A stretch of 63,424 nucleotides of DNA, filler included, from Reticulomyxa filosa (taxonomy: Eukaryota; Protista; Foraminifera), in assembly GCA_000512085.1 (NCBI GenBank). It is 17 parts of 17 records of this genome, joined end to end, with 100 filler letters (N's around TTAATTAATTAA, not from the genome) between each part and the next. Parts side by side here need not be neighbours in the genome. Positions count along the whole stretch, not along the records: positions 36,424 to 40,456 come from ASPP01023073.1; positions 40,557 to 41,577 come from ASPP01025915.1; positions 41,678 to 42,830 come from ASPP01039959.1; positions 42,931 to 45,272 come from ASPP01026273.1; positions 45,373 to 53,925 come from ASPP01007726.1; 12 more parts are not named here. One strand, given 5' to 3'. A model generated the notes under the pieces. The model was not told the DNA's origin. It ran no database searches and saw nothing but the letters and a program-made list of their open reading frames with translations. Shown piece by piece: positions 40,369-52,447 of this stretch. How positions within the stretch are numbered: position 1 is the first letter of the stretch; every line of letters starts with the position of its first letter. A program made the translations under genes and the position numbers.

Positions 40369-40569
40369 CTTTAATGTTAAAAGTGAAAGAGGGGGGGTAA
40401 AAAAAGGTTCTTTTTATAATTTCCCCTTTTTCTCAACGACTTCAACAAACAAAAAANNNNNNNNNNNNNNNNNNNNNNNNNNNNNNNNNNNNNNNNNNNN
40501 TTAATTAATTAANNNNNNNNNNNNNNNNNNNNNNNNNNNNNNNNNNNNNNNNNNNNCAAGATTGAATAA

Positions 40570-40756
40570 TTAGAAAAAGTCTTGAAGAATGAGGATATTC
40601 CTTCACCAACAACCGCTGATAATGAAATTATGCGACATTAAGGAAAAATTGTCCTATGCTGCTTTGGACTATGATAATGAATTGAAGAAAGTTGAGATTT
40701 CCAACGAATTGGGACAAAACTACGAACTAATGGCCAAGTCATCTCCGTTGGTGCTG
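40570..40756 (+). pseudogene. Actin internal fragment (pseudogene)
   Basis: E*GYSFT..., DIKEKLSYAALDYDNEL...NYEL-GQVISVG match actin residues ~195-251. Stop and frameshifts. Confidence 0.85.
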
Positions 40757-42336
40757 TACCCTATGCCGGACGGCGGCTCATCGAGAAATGGAGCTGTACA
40801 CGATTGGCGGCATCTACTATCAAGAATCATGTGCCGTTCGATCATTGCCATATACTTATCATCGCGTCGTGCAAAGACTTCACTTTGGCCCGCAAATGGT
40901 GTCAATTCGTTGACTGTTCTCTCTTATCTCCATGGCAATAACTACGATCCCTCCCTTGCGAATGCTGATGATCGTATTCGAAAAGTTTTACAGTTTAAAT
41001 ATATTTATATACATATATATATAATATGTACATATGTATACGTACACATTTATTTATACTTATTTATTGTATTTAAAAAAAGAAATGAGGATATAGAGTG
41101 CTATCAGTTAACAATATTCGAAGATAGCCAAAAAAATTAGTGAATGAGCTGTCGAACCTTGTGTGGAACACTCAGTTTGTAACTCCATTTGGCGTGGAGA
41201 ACAAAGTGACGGACGACTTTGATAACGACATTTTGGAGCTGCCTTTGAGAAGTCAAAAGAAGAGCAGTCATCATCGTTCATGACTTCCAACAGCGAATCT
41301 ACGCTTACGAAACTGACCAGCGGAGTCGCGGCTGGCATCACTGCGGTGTCGTGATGGACTCCATCGGAGGGGCTTAAAAAGATAGAGCCAAAGGTTTTTT
41401 TTTACGAGTTATTGCCACATGCTTGTCTGGCGTCGCCACAAAGCCTTTTGGATCGTGGCGTCTCACTTCAGATGCAATGCCTTTGGTGGAAGAGACCAAT
41501 GATAGTATTTCTGCATCGTCCACAAATGATAACAATAACAATAGCAATAATGTGTCAACAGTCACTTTGTCAAATGCNNNNNNNNNNNNNNNNNNNNNNN
41601 NNNNNNNNNNNNNNNNNNNNNTTAATTAATTAANNNNNNNNNNNNNNNNNNNNNNNNNNNNNNNNNNNNNNNNNNNNTAAAATTTTCGTTAGAAACACAA
41701 AAAGTTCATATTTTAGGGGTGCTAATTTTTTTTTGTCGCAACTGTAACTTATTAAAGATAGCATGTATCTCTGATACAATTTTTTTACAAAAATGGTAAT
41801 CACGTGTGTGGCGTTTCTTCTCCAAAAAAATCCTGTATTAATTGGAGTGACTCCAAAAAAGTAGTTTAGTTTTCTATGGAACAAACCCGATAAAAAGAGA
41901 CTCAAATCGCAATAATGCTTGCTCAATTATAGATTAATCTTTCATGCTGTATCGTTTTTCTATTATGTACGGTTTTGACTGTTTAATGAAAAATCATGAG
42001 AAAGCTCACAGATTATTTGTTTTTTTCCCGCAGAAGTGATTCACACTATCAATTTCTTTGGGTTAAAATTTTGAAAGTAGTAAGTTGCTTAAAATGAACA
42101 TTTTATTTCAATGGTAATTATAAATACTTAAAAAAATGGCAACAGTCAAACATGTAAACAAAGTTACTTGTGCTGATGGATTTTTGAAAAGCAAAAACTA
42201 GCAACCAAAACTTTGTTTTTGAGATAATACAGAGTTTGCAAAAAAAATCGTACAAAAAAAGGGATTTTTTAGTATTTGACTTGTATATCTTTCTTGAAAA
42301 GAGCTAACGTAAAAATAATTTTGTAGATACATAAAA

Positions 42337-42830
42337 CAAATCACAGACTATCTTTTCTCTATGCTGTATCTCTTGCATTTATTTGAAAAATTTTTTATTT
42401 TTCTTTTTCCTCAGAGGTTTGAAAAATTTAATGTTTAAAAAAACTATCTTACCAAACAAAAAAGTTTGAAATGAATTACGCTGACTAATATTAAAGTATT
42501 TAACGCACAATAAACATAAAAAAGTAAAAATCATTGTGGAGAAGCACTGTGATAAATTTACAAAGGGATGAGAGTGGTCAAGTGGTTGGTAACTGATAAG
42601 TGTGAAACTGCAAAGAACATACAAAGAGAATTGGAAAAAGCTGATACATATCATTGTATCACGCAATAGTAACTAAAAAAATTCTTTACAGTTTGATAGA
42701 GATTTAATAAAAAAAAATTTGTTAAAAAAAAGGCATACTGTAAAAGCCTAAAAAAATTGAATGTATAACCTTTCAAATAAATGCAAGAGATAAGATAGTA
42801 CAGCGTAGAAAAAAGATAGTCTGTGATTTG
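42337..42830. mobile_element. Non-coding element with ~50-60 bp imperfect terminal inverted repeats (MITE-like)
   Basis: 42337-42388 CAAATCACAGACTATCTTTT..GCTGTA..TCTCTTGCATTTATTTGAAA is the reverse complement of 42771-42830 apart from an 8-nt insertion and two substitutions. Confidence 0.6.
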
Positions 42831-43156
42831 NNNNNNNNNNNNNNNNNNNNNNNNNNNNNNNNNNNNNNNNNNNNTTAATTAATTAANNNNNNNNNNNNNN
42901 NNNNNNNNNNNNNNNNNNNNNNNNNNNNNNTTGATAAAACAATGACGTTTGAAATTTTTTCAGTCATTTTTTTCTACCTTGTTTAATTAGATAAGTAATG
43001 GTTTGATAATTTGTTGATTATTGAGTCACTTTGCACAATTGCAAAGAAAATATTCCTCCTCAATTGTTGGTGTCACAAGACTATGAGGAGGAAGTCAACG
43101 TTTCACCCTCCACAACCCTTCAAAAAAATTTATTCCCTGACCAAAACAACAACGAC

Positions 43157-45272
43157 ATGGTATCAAGCAAGCATCCAAAGACAAGCATTAGTAACGCTCT
43201 TGGCGTCACCCACAAGGCGGCCGACAACAGTCGTGATAGTTCCGTTGCCCCAAGCCACGGGGCGCAAACAACAGCTTCCAGTAGACTACGAGTTGAAAAT
43301 GGTAATAGTCCATCGCTGACCGTTGCACAGCCACGCAATTTCGGAAATGGTATCATTTCGGGCCCCCACACACCACCCCGAACTTCTCCCAATTCGCATA
43401 CCAATACGTTTGAAAAAGTTCCTCCGCAAGTAGCATCCTTCGACGCCATTCAGATATACTGTCGCATCAAGCCGCTTTCTATTTTCGACACCAAACAAAG
43501 CTATGTAAAAGTTGAGGAAAATAAAATAGTAACATCCATCGCACACACACCTAGTGGAGGCAGTTCGTACGCGTTCAATGATGTGTTCCTTCCAATCTCG
43601 TCCAACGTGCATGTAAGCAAGAAGACAATCGCACCGCTGTGCGAAAAAGCAATCTGGGTGTACAACGCGCTTTTCTTCGTTTATGGGCAAACAGGAACAG
43701 GCAAATCTTTCTCAATTCATGGAAACCCGGAAATATCTGAAAGCCAACCCAATGCCACCCTCCCATTTGCCATTAACTATATATTATCCAACACGGCTGC
43801 AGCGGGAATCATGCTTTCGTTATCAGCAGTCGAAATTTACGATACCAACCTCACCAGAACGCAATACTTCGACCTTCTACTCCCAACCAATCTCGAGGCC
43901 TCCACGTGGGAAAGTAAAATTGCCTCGTCCAATCCGGATCTCTCCAATTTAACGCCACACATTGTGGCCAAAGATTCCCCCATACAAGACATTGTGAAAT
44001 GAGTAAGAGACTCTTCACACATAGCAGCAGCGACGGGGGTTAACCAAGATTCCTCGCGTGGCCACACCATATACATACTCACATTGACCCAATCATTCAG
44101 TAAAGATGATACCAATACCAATCAATTGATAAGTAAGTTGATTATCGTTGATTTGGCCAGCAGCGAAGGCGAGAATTCCTTTCCATTCAATTTTCATTCG
44201 ACACCATCCCAAAAGAACAACATCCAGAAAATGAAAATGGAGGCCACTTGTATTAACAATACGCTCACCCAATTGCAGATGACATTCCATGAGTTGACAT
44301 GCAAAGGGAAATTGGGGCCCACTCGAGGAACCGGTTTGAGAAAATTGTTATATCCATATATTAACAAATTGACACTAATCGCGATCATGTACACAATATC
44401 CCCAAGCATTCAAGACGCCAGAGCCACCGACGCCACGTTGAAATTCGCAACAACAGCAGGCAGCATTCAATTGACCCCCCAGAGAACCAGCATCCATTCC
44501 AACCAAAAGCCCACCGTCATGAGCAATTCGCATATACATGCACCCTCACATATCCAAAGCGATCACATTGACACACATCAACGCACTGCGGAAATTGTAT
44601 CAATTCAAAGTGAACCTGTTATTGCACCATTACCGATTCAAGCAGCGGCAGCAGATACCATTCCAACCGCTCCTGCAACAGGGTACTCGACAAACATCGA
44701 AGACATCGATGAAGATGCTGTACCAACGGCCCAACACTCCGTCCCGCAAGCCCCCAGTTCATTCATTTGCCCCGTTCCGGCATGCGCAATGCATTTCACA
44801 GCAGAATGCACGTTGCATAACCACGTCAACAGGCATCTGGACAGTCACGAATCCGTCGCAATCACACAATCCTATTTTATCACGTACAACCGGAAAATTT
44901 GTACATACTGTAGGACAATATCGCATACCAGTCGCATACACAACGGCATGCACAGAGACTGCACTCTCCTACATAACAAACAGCGTACCGAAGCAGATCC
45001 ACCAACAAATCCCAAAACCCAACATCACGAGCAAATCCAGTTTGAAAACGTCGACGTCGACGTCCTTCACCGAGGCCGCACACCCTCTCGAGATCAATTA
45101 TCATCTGGCACTCAAAACGACAGCCAACCGCAATTTGTTGAAGAATCCAAATACCAGCAAGACGATCATGCAATTCCCGTGCCGTTGGAGGCGTCGCACT
45201 GGTCATGGCCATCACCGGCCGCTATTGCAACAACGCAGGCGAAGATTATTCCCAGAATCCCTCGCGCATTTC
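43157..45272 (+). mobile_element. Divergent kinesin motor domain fused in frame to C2H2/CCHC zinc fingers resembling a CRE-clade non-LTR retrotransposon N-terminus (one in-frame TGA; 3' truncated)
   Basis: Kinesin: IYCRIKP, YAFNDVF, YGQTGTGKS, VEIY, NQDSSRGH, IVDLASSE, INNTL, TISPS, TLKFA (~43445-44466). ORFs 43031 and 44084 share a frame, split only by TGA 44000-44002. Then CPVPAC..LHNHVNRH..CTYC..HRDC and WPSPAAI..IIPRIP. Confidence 0.7.
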
Positions 45273-45438
45273 NNNNNNNNNNNNNNNNNNNNNNNNNNNN
45301 NNNNNNNNNNNNNNNNTTAATTAATTAANNNNNNNNNNNNNNNNNNNNNNNNNNNNNNNNNNNNNNNNNNNNTTTGAAATGATTCCAATTTGGAATTACT
45401 TCATTTCCTTTTAATATAAAAAAAAAAAAAAAAAAAGG

Positions 45439-47155
45439 ACACGCGATTTCAAAATGGGTGATCGCGTACGGCTGACTCGGTCTCGATTGGGGAAAATCGT
45501 ATACGTGGGGGCAGTACACTTTGCTATGGATACTCATTTCGGCATTGAACTGAGTGAAGGAGAGGGGGATCATGACGGAGAGTGTGATGGCATTCGCTAC
45601 TTTTCCGCACCGTCCATGAAAGGCGTGTTGGTCCCGGAGTCACAAATTATTCGCATTACAAACCCATCCGACTCGTCTTCTTCTTTGTTGGCATCGTCGT
45701 CGTCGTCGTCATCGTCGAGTCAAGCGATTCAAAATGAAAAGAAAAGCGACGAAAAAGACAAAGAGAAAGACAAAAACAAAGACAATGGATACGAAGAGGA
45801 GGAAGAGGAAGATGAAGATAATATAGATAGCCGTTTGGAGAATGTGCACTTGACGGGGAGAATACCTCGCGTCGTTCCCGGGAGCGTGGCGCAGAAACTG
45901 ACTCACAAAAAAGTTGTGCCCAGTGGCCTGAATAATCAAGCCCAAACCAAAATTAGCAAAATGATCGGCGATGAGCCTTTGGAAGATACTATTTACCGCC
46001 AAGTCAAAGCTGACATCTTGAGTGAAGTTACCACCGAAGGTCGGTCTCGACGCAAGTTTTTGCAAGACTTCCAAAAGTATTTTAAAAATGATAACATTAT
46101 TAGTGCAGTTATTTTAAACTACAATTTTTTTTTTTATTTGCATATGTTTATGTCATTTTGTATTTTTAAAAAAAAAAAAGGTACGTGAATTCATGAACCA
46201 ACTTAAAAATTTTGCAAGACAAAGAAGAAAGGAAAAATATTTGAAAAATTTGATGAAATGTGTAAACAGCGACGGCAGTGAAAACGATAGCAAAGTCTGA
46301 ACAAAACATATACATATATATATGCATGTATTTATTTGTGTACATATTTTATTTTAGTATGACAATTCTGGTGGAAAAATAAAATAAGGAAAACAAAGAA
46401 GAGTTGGCAAACAAAGTAGATACACTGTTTAATGAACTGCTGGAATTGGCAATCGAAGAAACTGTGTTGCAACCCAAAATAGACGAATTGACAGTTATTT
46501 AAGAGAGGGGAAAAGGGAAATGGATTATACATAAAGCATGATCGTTACATTCTCTTTTTGATTAAAAAAAAAAACTGAATCAAAAAACATGATAGAGAAT
46601 TTGCGAGAATCAAACCGGCACTGAAACAGAAAAGTTGCAATTGAAGGTTATGCGCTTAACAAAGTACCCCCAATCATTTTTTGGAATTAAGACGGAATTA
46701 GAAAGTGCTGAAAATTGGGGAACTGCGGTTTATGAGCTTTCTCTCGTAAAGGGATGCGTTTTGCCATCCGAAAAGATTCGTGCTATTGTAAATACTGTCA
46801 AGGCTGTTCATATCTCATTTGAGCGAGAACAAACTGAAAAGGCCAAACAAAGAAAAGTCATAGACGAGAAAAAATCAGAAGATATTTATATTACTGGAGA
46901 TGATATTTTACCAGTTTTTCTTTTCTCTCTCTTTCTATGTTGCGATAACAAAAAAAAAAACAATTTTTGTTTTGTGAACATTAGATAGTAATTTACGTGA
47001 TAATCCAAGCATCGAGACAATCTTTGGCAATAAAACCCAGCGATTTGATGTTGATAGAAGGATTGGTTGATCCAAAATTACAAATTGGAGAATCAGGGTA
47101 TTATTTGGCAGTGTTCCATGCTGCCATACAATGGATTCAAGATTTTGTCGACTGA
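45439..47155 (+). CDS. CAP-Gly + VPS9 (Rab5-family GEF) protein (spliced, probably 5' truncated)
   Basis: CAP-Gly GKIVYVG.VHF..FGIELSEGEGDHDGECDGIRYF..GVLV. VPS9 LPSEKI, ITGDDILP|IVIYVIIQA, GESGYYLAVFHAAIQWI. Last exon 46985-47155. Confidence 0.88.
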
Positions 47156-47528
47156 TCGAGTATCGGTCATAAATGATGAAGGAAAAAAAATGATGCATAT
47201 TTGCCTTGGAAACCAAAAAACTTTTCTTCTTCTGGATGTCAACATCTCGTTTTTAATTTTGTTTTTGTGTTGGCAAAAGAATTTTGGGTTTTTGCTGTTT
47301 GTTTTTTTGCGACAAGAGTGTTATCTCAAATTGTAACACTTCACACATGAGACTTTACCTACTTAAACCTTTTTCATGAACATACTATTGAAAGGTACTT
47401 TTGGTTTAACAATAAACAAAGGCTTGTGACCGTGCAGAGTTGTTGCATTACTTATATCAAAAGTTTGCAAGAAACATTACTGTGTAAGAAAAAAAGCAAC
47501 ACAAAAGAAACATCACTTTTAGTATTTT

Positions 47529-49198
47529 CTAAAGTTTTGTATAACTTGGTTCTTCCTTTGCAGTTCTCAGAAAAGTCTTCAACTGCTGAGATGTCCTCAG
47601 TAATACATTGACAAACTCTTGACTAAAATTATGTTGTGGTCTTTGATACAAAAAATAAGAAAAAGTATGATCATACAACGCACGAATTCTTTTCAAAGAT
47701 ATTTGAAAGTCTTTACCATTGTTTGGATTGAATTGGACAAAGCAATCAATAGAATTATCAACAGTAGGATCTCCATAGATTTCGGCACAAAGTGAATAAC
47801 TGACATTTCCTTTGCCTCCCATCCAATCCATAATGGTGCCATCAGCTTCATAGTCATTATATTTCCATCCTATCCCACTGTTAATAAACCATTTATTGGA
47901 ATTCGCTTGTATCTGTTTGCCACAGACAACAACACAGATATAAATTATAAGATACATGTTCCATAAACATATATGTAACTTATACAAATATGTTTTGGTG
48001 TATATGTGTTTTGTAGTGTTTTTTTTTCTCTCTCAATAAAATACACACACGTTCTTCACACATGTTGGATCAATCGCTTTTCTTCCTCTGTTTCTGCCCT
48101 AACACGATGAGCCTTTCGTGATACGCTATCAACAAAAGGTATAAATATTTGTTGGGTGCCGCTGTGGACGTCCAAGACAATATCGTAGTGATATTGATGA
48201 GTCAAGTCCCGAATATACGCAGATTCACTTTCACAAAACGGATGTTTACCATGCCATTCTTCGGTCCCTTTTTTATGTGTACTACCATCACCGGCAAACT
48301 CCCAATCAAAGTTTCGATTGATATCGACCCCATTTCCATTCCAACGCCAACTTTGTCACATTTTTTATTTGTCCAAATTTAAAAAAAAAGCATAAATGAG
48401 TATATAAAACAAAGCAAAGAAATGAATATAACGTAACCAAAGTTGGTCTTTTTTCTCGAGTATTACTTTTCCGTCTGGATTTAGTATAGGTATAATGTGC
48501 AAGTCAAACTCATTTAAAATAGTTGACATATTTTGATCTCCACTCACAAAGTCAAATAAAATCCAATGAATCATATCAATACATGATTCTATTGTGATAA
48601 ACTCACGAGGATGTTCTCCGAATATCATCAATATTTTTCTCTTTTTTTTTAAACAAAATAATTACATTTAAAAAAATCTTTTTTATCCGTCCCTTTGAAG
48701 AAGAAGAAAAATGTTGCATAAGTGTGTAACTTTGTAGTGAAAGGATTGGAATGAAAATTTGTTATTTGCACTCGAAAAAGTGTTCTGTCTTGCATTGATT
48801 TGGATTCGTTATCATACACTTTCATTATATTTTGAAAAGGATTCATTTGTGAAAGAGACTGCAGTGATTTCAGTTCTATCATCAACTTCGCAATATCATG
48901 ATATGATTTCCATTGATTATAAACTTCACTTATTTGAGAGAGCATATGCCTAGTGGAATAATCACTTTCATTATCAATGGAGTTTCTCAATGAAAGCCAT
49001 TGCTCAAAGATAACTGGCGTATCATGATAATTGGGCCGATAAAGTTGGTATTGTCGTTTGTCTGCAAACAACCGAACACAAATAAATAAAGTAAAAACGT
49101 TTTCAAATTGTTGATAAAAAAAGCAAACTTGCTTTGACAGCCTCTAACACCAAAAAAAGTGCGAAAATCCAGATATGCAAGCGAACAACAAAAAGCAT
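47529..49198 (-). CDS. Secreted M14 zinc carboxypeptidase (spliced)
   Basis: Signal peptide MLFVVRLHIWIFALFLVLEAVKA; GEHPRE, IIPILNPDG, GVDINRNF, PFCESES, LDVHSG, GTIMDW, catalytic AEIYG. Confidence 0.92.
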
Positions 49199-50094
49199 TT
49201 CGAAATCAACAATTTGTTGTATATCTTTCTTTTTTTGAAGTTGTTGGCTTATTAATAAAATTAATAAACGTAGGTATTTTCAGGACCATCTTTTAAATTT
49301 AGATATTTGCCAATAAATCAAAAGTAATTCAAAAGTTAGCATTATTCTAATAAATAGTCAAACATCTATTTATCAATAACATATCTTTATTAAATTTTCA
49401 TAAGCGCAAATGTAACCACATATCAATATGTTGACCATTTTATGTTAATTTGAAATAATAATTCATTTTTTTAAAACAATCAATTCATTTGCATTACTCC
49501 AAACTGAAACTTGTTGAAAGAAAAAGGTATAAAACACAGATAAAACCAAAATTTGCAAAGAAAAAAAAATTATTAAATGTTATGAAATAATGTAAAAAAA
49601 GAATAAAAATGTTTGTAATTGAAAAAATTGTAAAAAATTATGTATTTTAAAACATTTGAAAATTCGAAGATACTAAAAAAATGTGAAAAATGTTGCTTTT
49701 TCACACATAAAATCGATCATCCTCATAAGGTATCATTTTGGTGTGTCAGGACTTTTATCTTTACAGTAATCTGGATTGGTACTCAATGATGCTAAGTTGG
49801 TTATAGTTTTTTGAATTAAAAAAGAGTTGTCAGATTGTAATATTGCTTAATATGCTAATCGCTTATAACAATCAATCTACAGTGATTAATGAACTGTTAT
49901 AAACAGCAACAAGAAGTGGAATTATACTTTACAAATTACTATTAAAATATATAACTCTTTGTCACATACTGTATTCCTTATACAAAAATGATTCTTCATA
50001 ACTAGTGCAAAATTTGGACCGTTAAAAGGGTTTCAATTGATTGAGTAAATAAATAGATTATTCAGCAATAGTTAAGAAAAGACAGTTAGAACGG

Positions 50095-51105
50095 ATGAGT
50101 TACGAAGAAGGAAAAGTTTTTTCCAAATCTACCTCTGATGCAATGGGCAAAGTTAGTTTCAAGTTACCTTCTTGGGTAACTAAAGACGCAAAGATACCAG
50201 ACCGCATAAAAGACCTAAAAGTGGAGCAACTCAGTTTGCCATGGTGGAAAAAATCGAAATGGGCTGTTGTGATCCGTGATGTCTACACGTGTGTATTGCC
50301 GTTTAGTTTTTTTTCAAAAAAAACAATGTGCACACGAACATGCTGTGTGTTGAAAAGAAAAGAAGAATGTGCAGATTTAGTAAAAATGGCGGAAGATGTA
50401 GGTTTTGAGGATGCTTTAGTAAACATAGGCTATGGCAAACAGCAAAAAATGGAATTAATTCGCAATAACAAACGTGTGATGATAGATTCATTCGATTTTG
50501 CGGACCATTTGTACCAAAGGATCAAAGATTTTTTACCTCCAATTTGGGATCAAAGAGAGCGAATATCTTTAAATGAAAGGTACATGTTTGTCCTTTTATG
50601 CAAAGCGGTTCCTTAGGTTATTTGTGCTTTGTAGACTACGTTTTTTGCGATATCACAAAGGAGAATACTTTGCCCCTCATTTCGATGGCGAATATCGACG
50701 CGACAATGGTGAAAGATCTTTCATCACTGTCTTGTTTTACTTGAATGAAGGGTTTGAAGGTGGCAATACCACTTTTTTGGATTTAAATGGCAAGAGAAAA
50801 TATGAAGTCAAGCTACAGACCGGGATGGTGTTGCTATTCCAACACGATATATTTCACGAAGGCAGTATTTTGGAGGGAGGGGTCAAATATTGTTTGCGAA
50901 CAGGTCTTTTTTGTTTGGAGAGGGATAAAAAGTAACAATAAACTGTCTCATTTGTCGTAATAATAATACAGATGTCATGTATTCAAAGCATCCTCTCGAT
51001 TATCAGAAAAGTGTTGCCATGGACACAAAATGGAAGAAAGAGCAAAAGGAGAAAGCTGCTACCATTACCTTTGAAGATAAGACAGACCAAAAAAGTAATG
51101 AATAA
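50095..51105 (+). CDS. 2OG-Fe(II) oxygenase (prolyl-4-hydroxylase-like; spliced)
   Basis: VYTKEEC, LNER|LRFLRY, FAPHFDG (HxD), TVLFYLN, GGNTTF, IFHEG, KYCLRT|DVMY. Three introns. Confidence 0.92.
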
Positions 51106-52447
51106 TCAGTGATCCTATTGTTTTTGTGTTTGCTTTGAATCTTTGTTGTATTTTCTACCCCCCTTTTTTTTTGCTAGAAGTTAGAATGTGCTCAATTTTT
51201 TTCGTTTTAATACTTTATTTCTCATCATATCGGTTAAAACTGTTAATTTCAAATGAACTGGCTTGCCAAACCCAATTTTCGAACCTACTTTTGTCCTCGT
51301 ACGTCTTTTAACGTCTAAAGAGCGTTTCCTTTTTGAACTCATCAAGACTTTTTTTTGATAACCTTTAATCAGGGTCCAAAAACATCCACCAAATTCAAAG
51401 CCATGAATTGCGCTCGCAGTGGAAAAAATCTTTTAAGGTGAAGAATTGTCAATTTTTTTTGTCTTTGATAGCTTTGTGACATTGATTGGCTTTTGGGTTG
51501 CTCGCTTTACAACAGACACCGACAGTTGTCGCCGTTGCTATCACACAATGCACGTTATGTCATTTAATTTTTGTATCATTTGTTTTGTGCTTTTTCATAA
51601 CTGATTACGATAAGCTGAAGGGGGAAAAAATATCGGGTGATAGAAAAAAGTGGAAAAGTGTTCAAAATTGCCCAAAGAAATGCCGCTCAACACTGGGACA
51701 TTCGTCATTGTGCAAAACAATGGCCAAGGTAAAGTTAGACCTTACTATTATTTTTTTTAATGTGGTAATATTACCCAAGCTTTCTTTTTCTCTGTTGTCT
51801 TAGTTTTTATGGAAATCAATCACTGGTTTTTCCACAGCATTAAGGTGATGTAATAAAACAACATAGATTTCCAGCATTGCGACGTGACTACATTCCTGAC
51901 GATGATGTAATATTTTCAGTGGTCGTGTTCTGGTTTTTCTTAAAAGGAAAGTTCAAAGATGAATCAGAACCCCCAAGTCCTGAATGGAACGTAAATTTAT
52001 GAGAAAAACTTTTTTTCAAATTGGGTTAATTTGAAGAATTTTCCTTGCCTTTTTTCTTCACTTTTTTGGTCCTCGCTCTCCATCTTTGAGTCAAAGTTGT
52101 ACACAAAGACATTGAACTAACCAATTGGATCGAATTTTTCGATTTGTTTAGCAAAGGTTTGATTTTTACCAATTAAACCTTTGTATCTTCAGCAGGAAAA
52201 AAAGTGATCAAAATTATTAAAAACTATTTGACAAGATTAAAAGTGCTTAATTCACATTCAAAAATTCTTGTTTTGATGTTTAACTAAAAACTCGTATTTG
52301 TTTCTGCTTGCATCAAAAAGATATCCCTCTTGTTGGGTGATATTGTTTGAAGAGAATGTATTGTGTTCAGTGAGTATCAAATAGAAATTGTTGGATAGAT
52401 GTTCCAAAAGCTCTGGTAATTTTTTTTTTGAAATTGATGAATCCACA

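Noticed and set aside
44000-44002. Stop-codon reassignment (alternative genetic code)
   Set aside because: Conserved genes end normally at TAA (GlnRS, PHYHD1, H3) and TGA (Neverland, VPS9) and use TGG for Trp.
44538-45272. Long overlapping ORF in a second frame
   Set aside because: No recognisable motifs; explained by the C/A-rich, stop-poor composition of the main frame.
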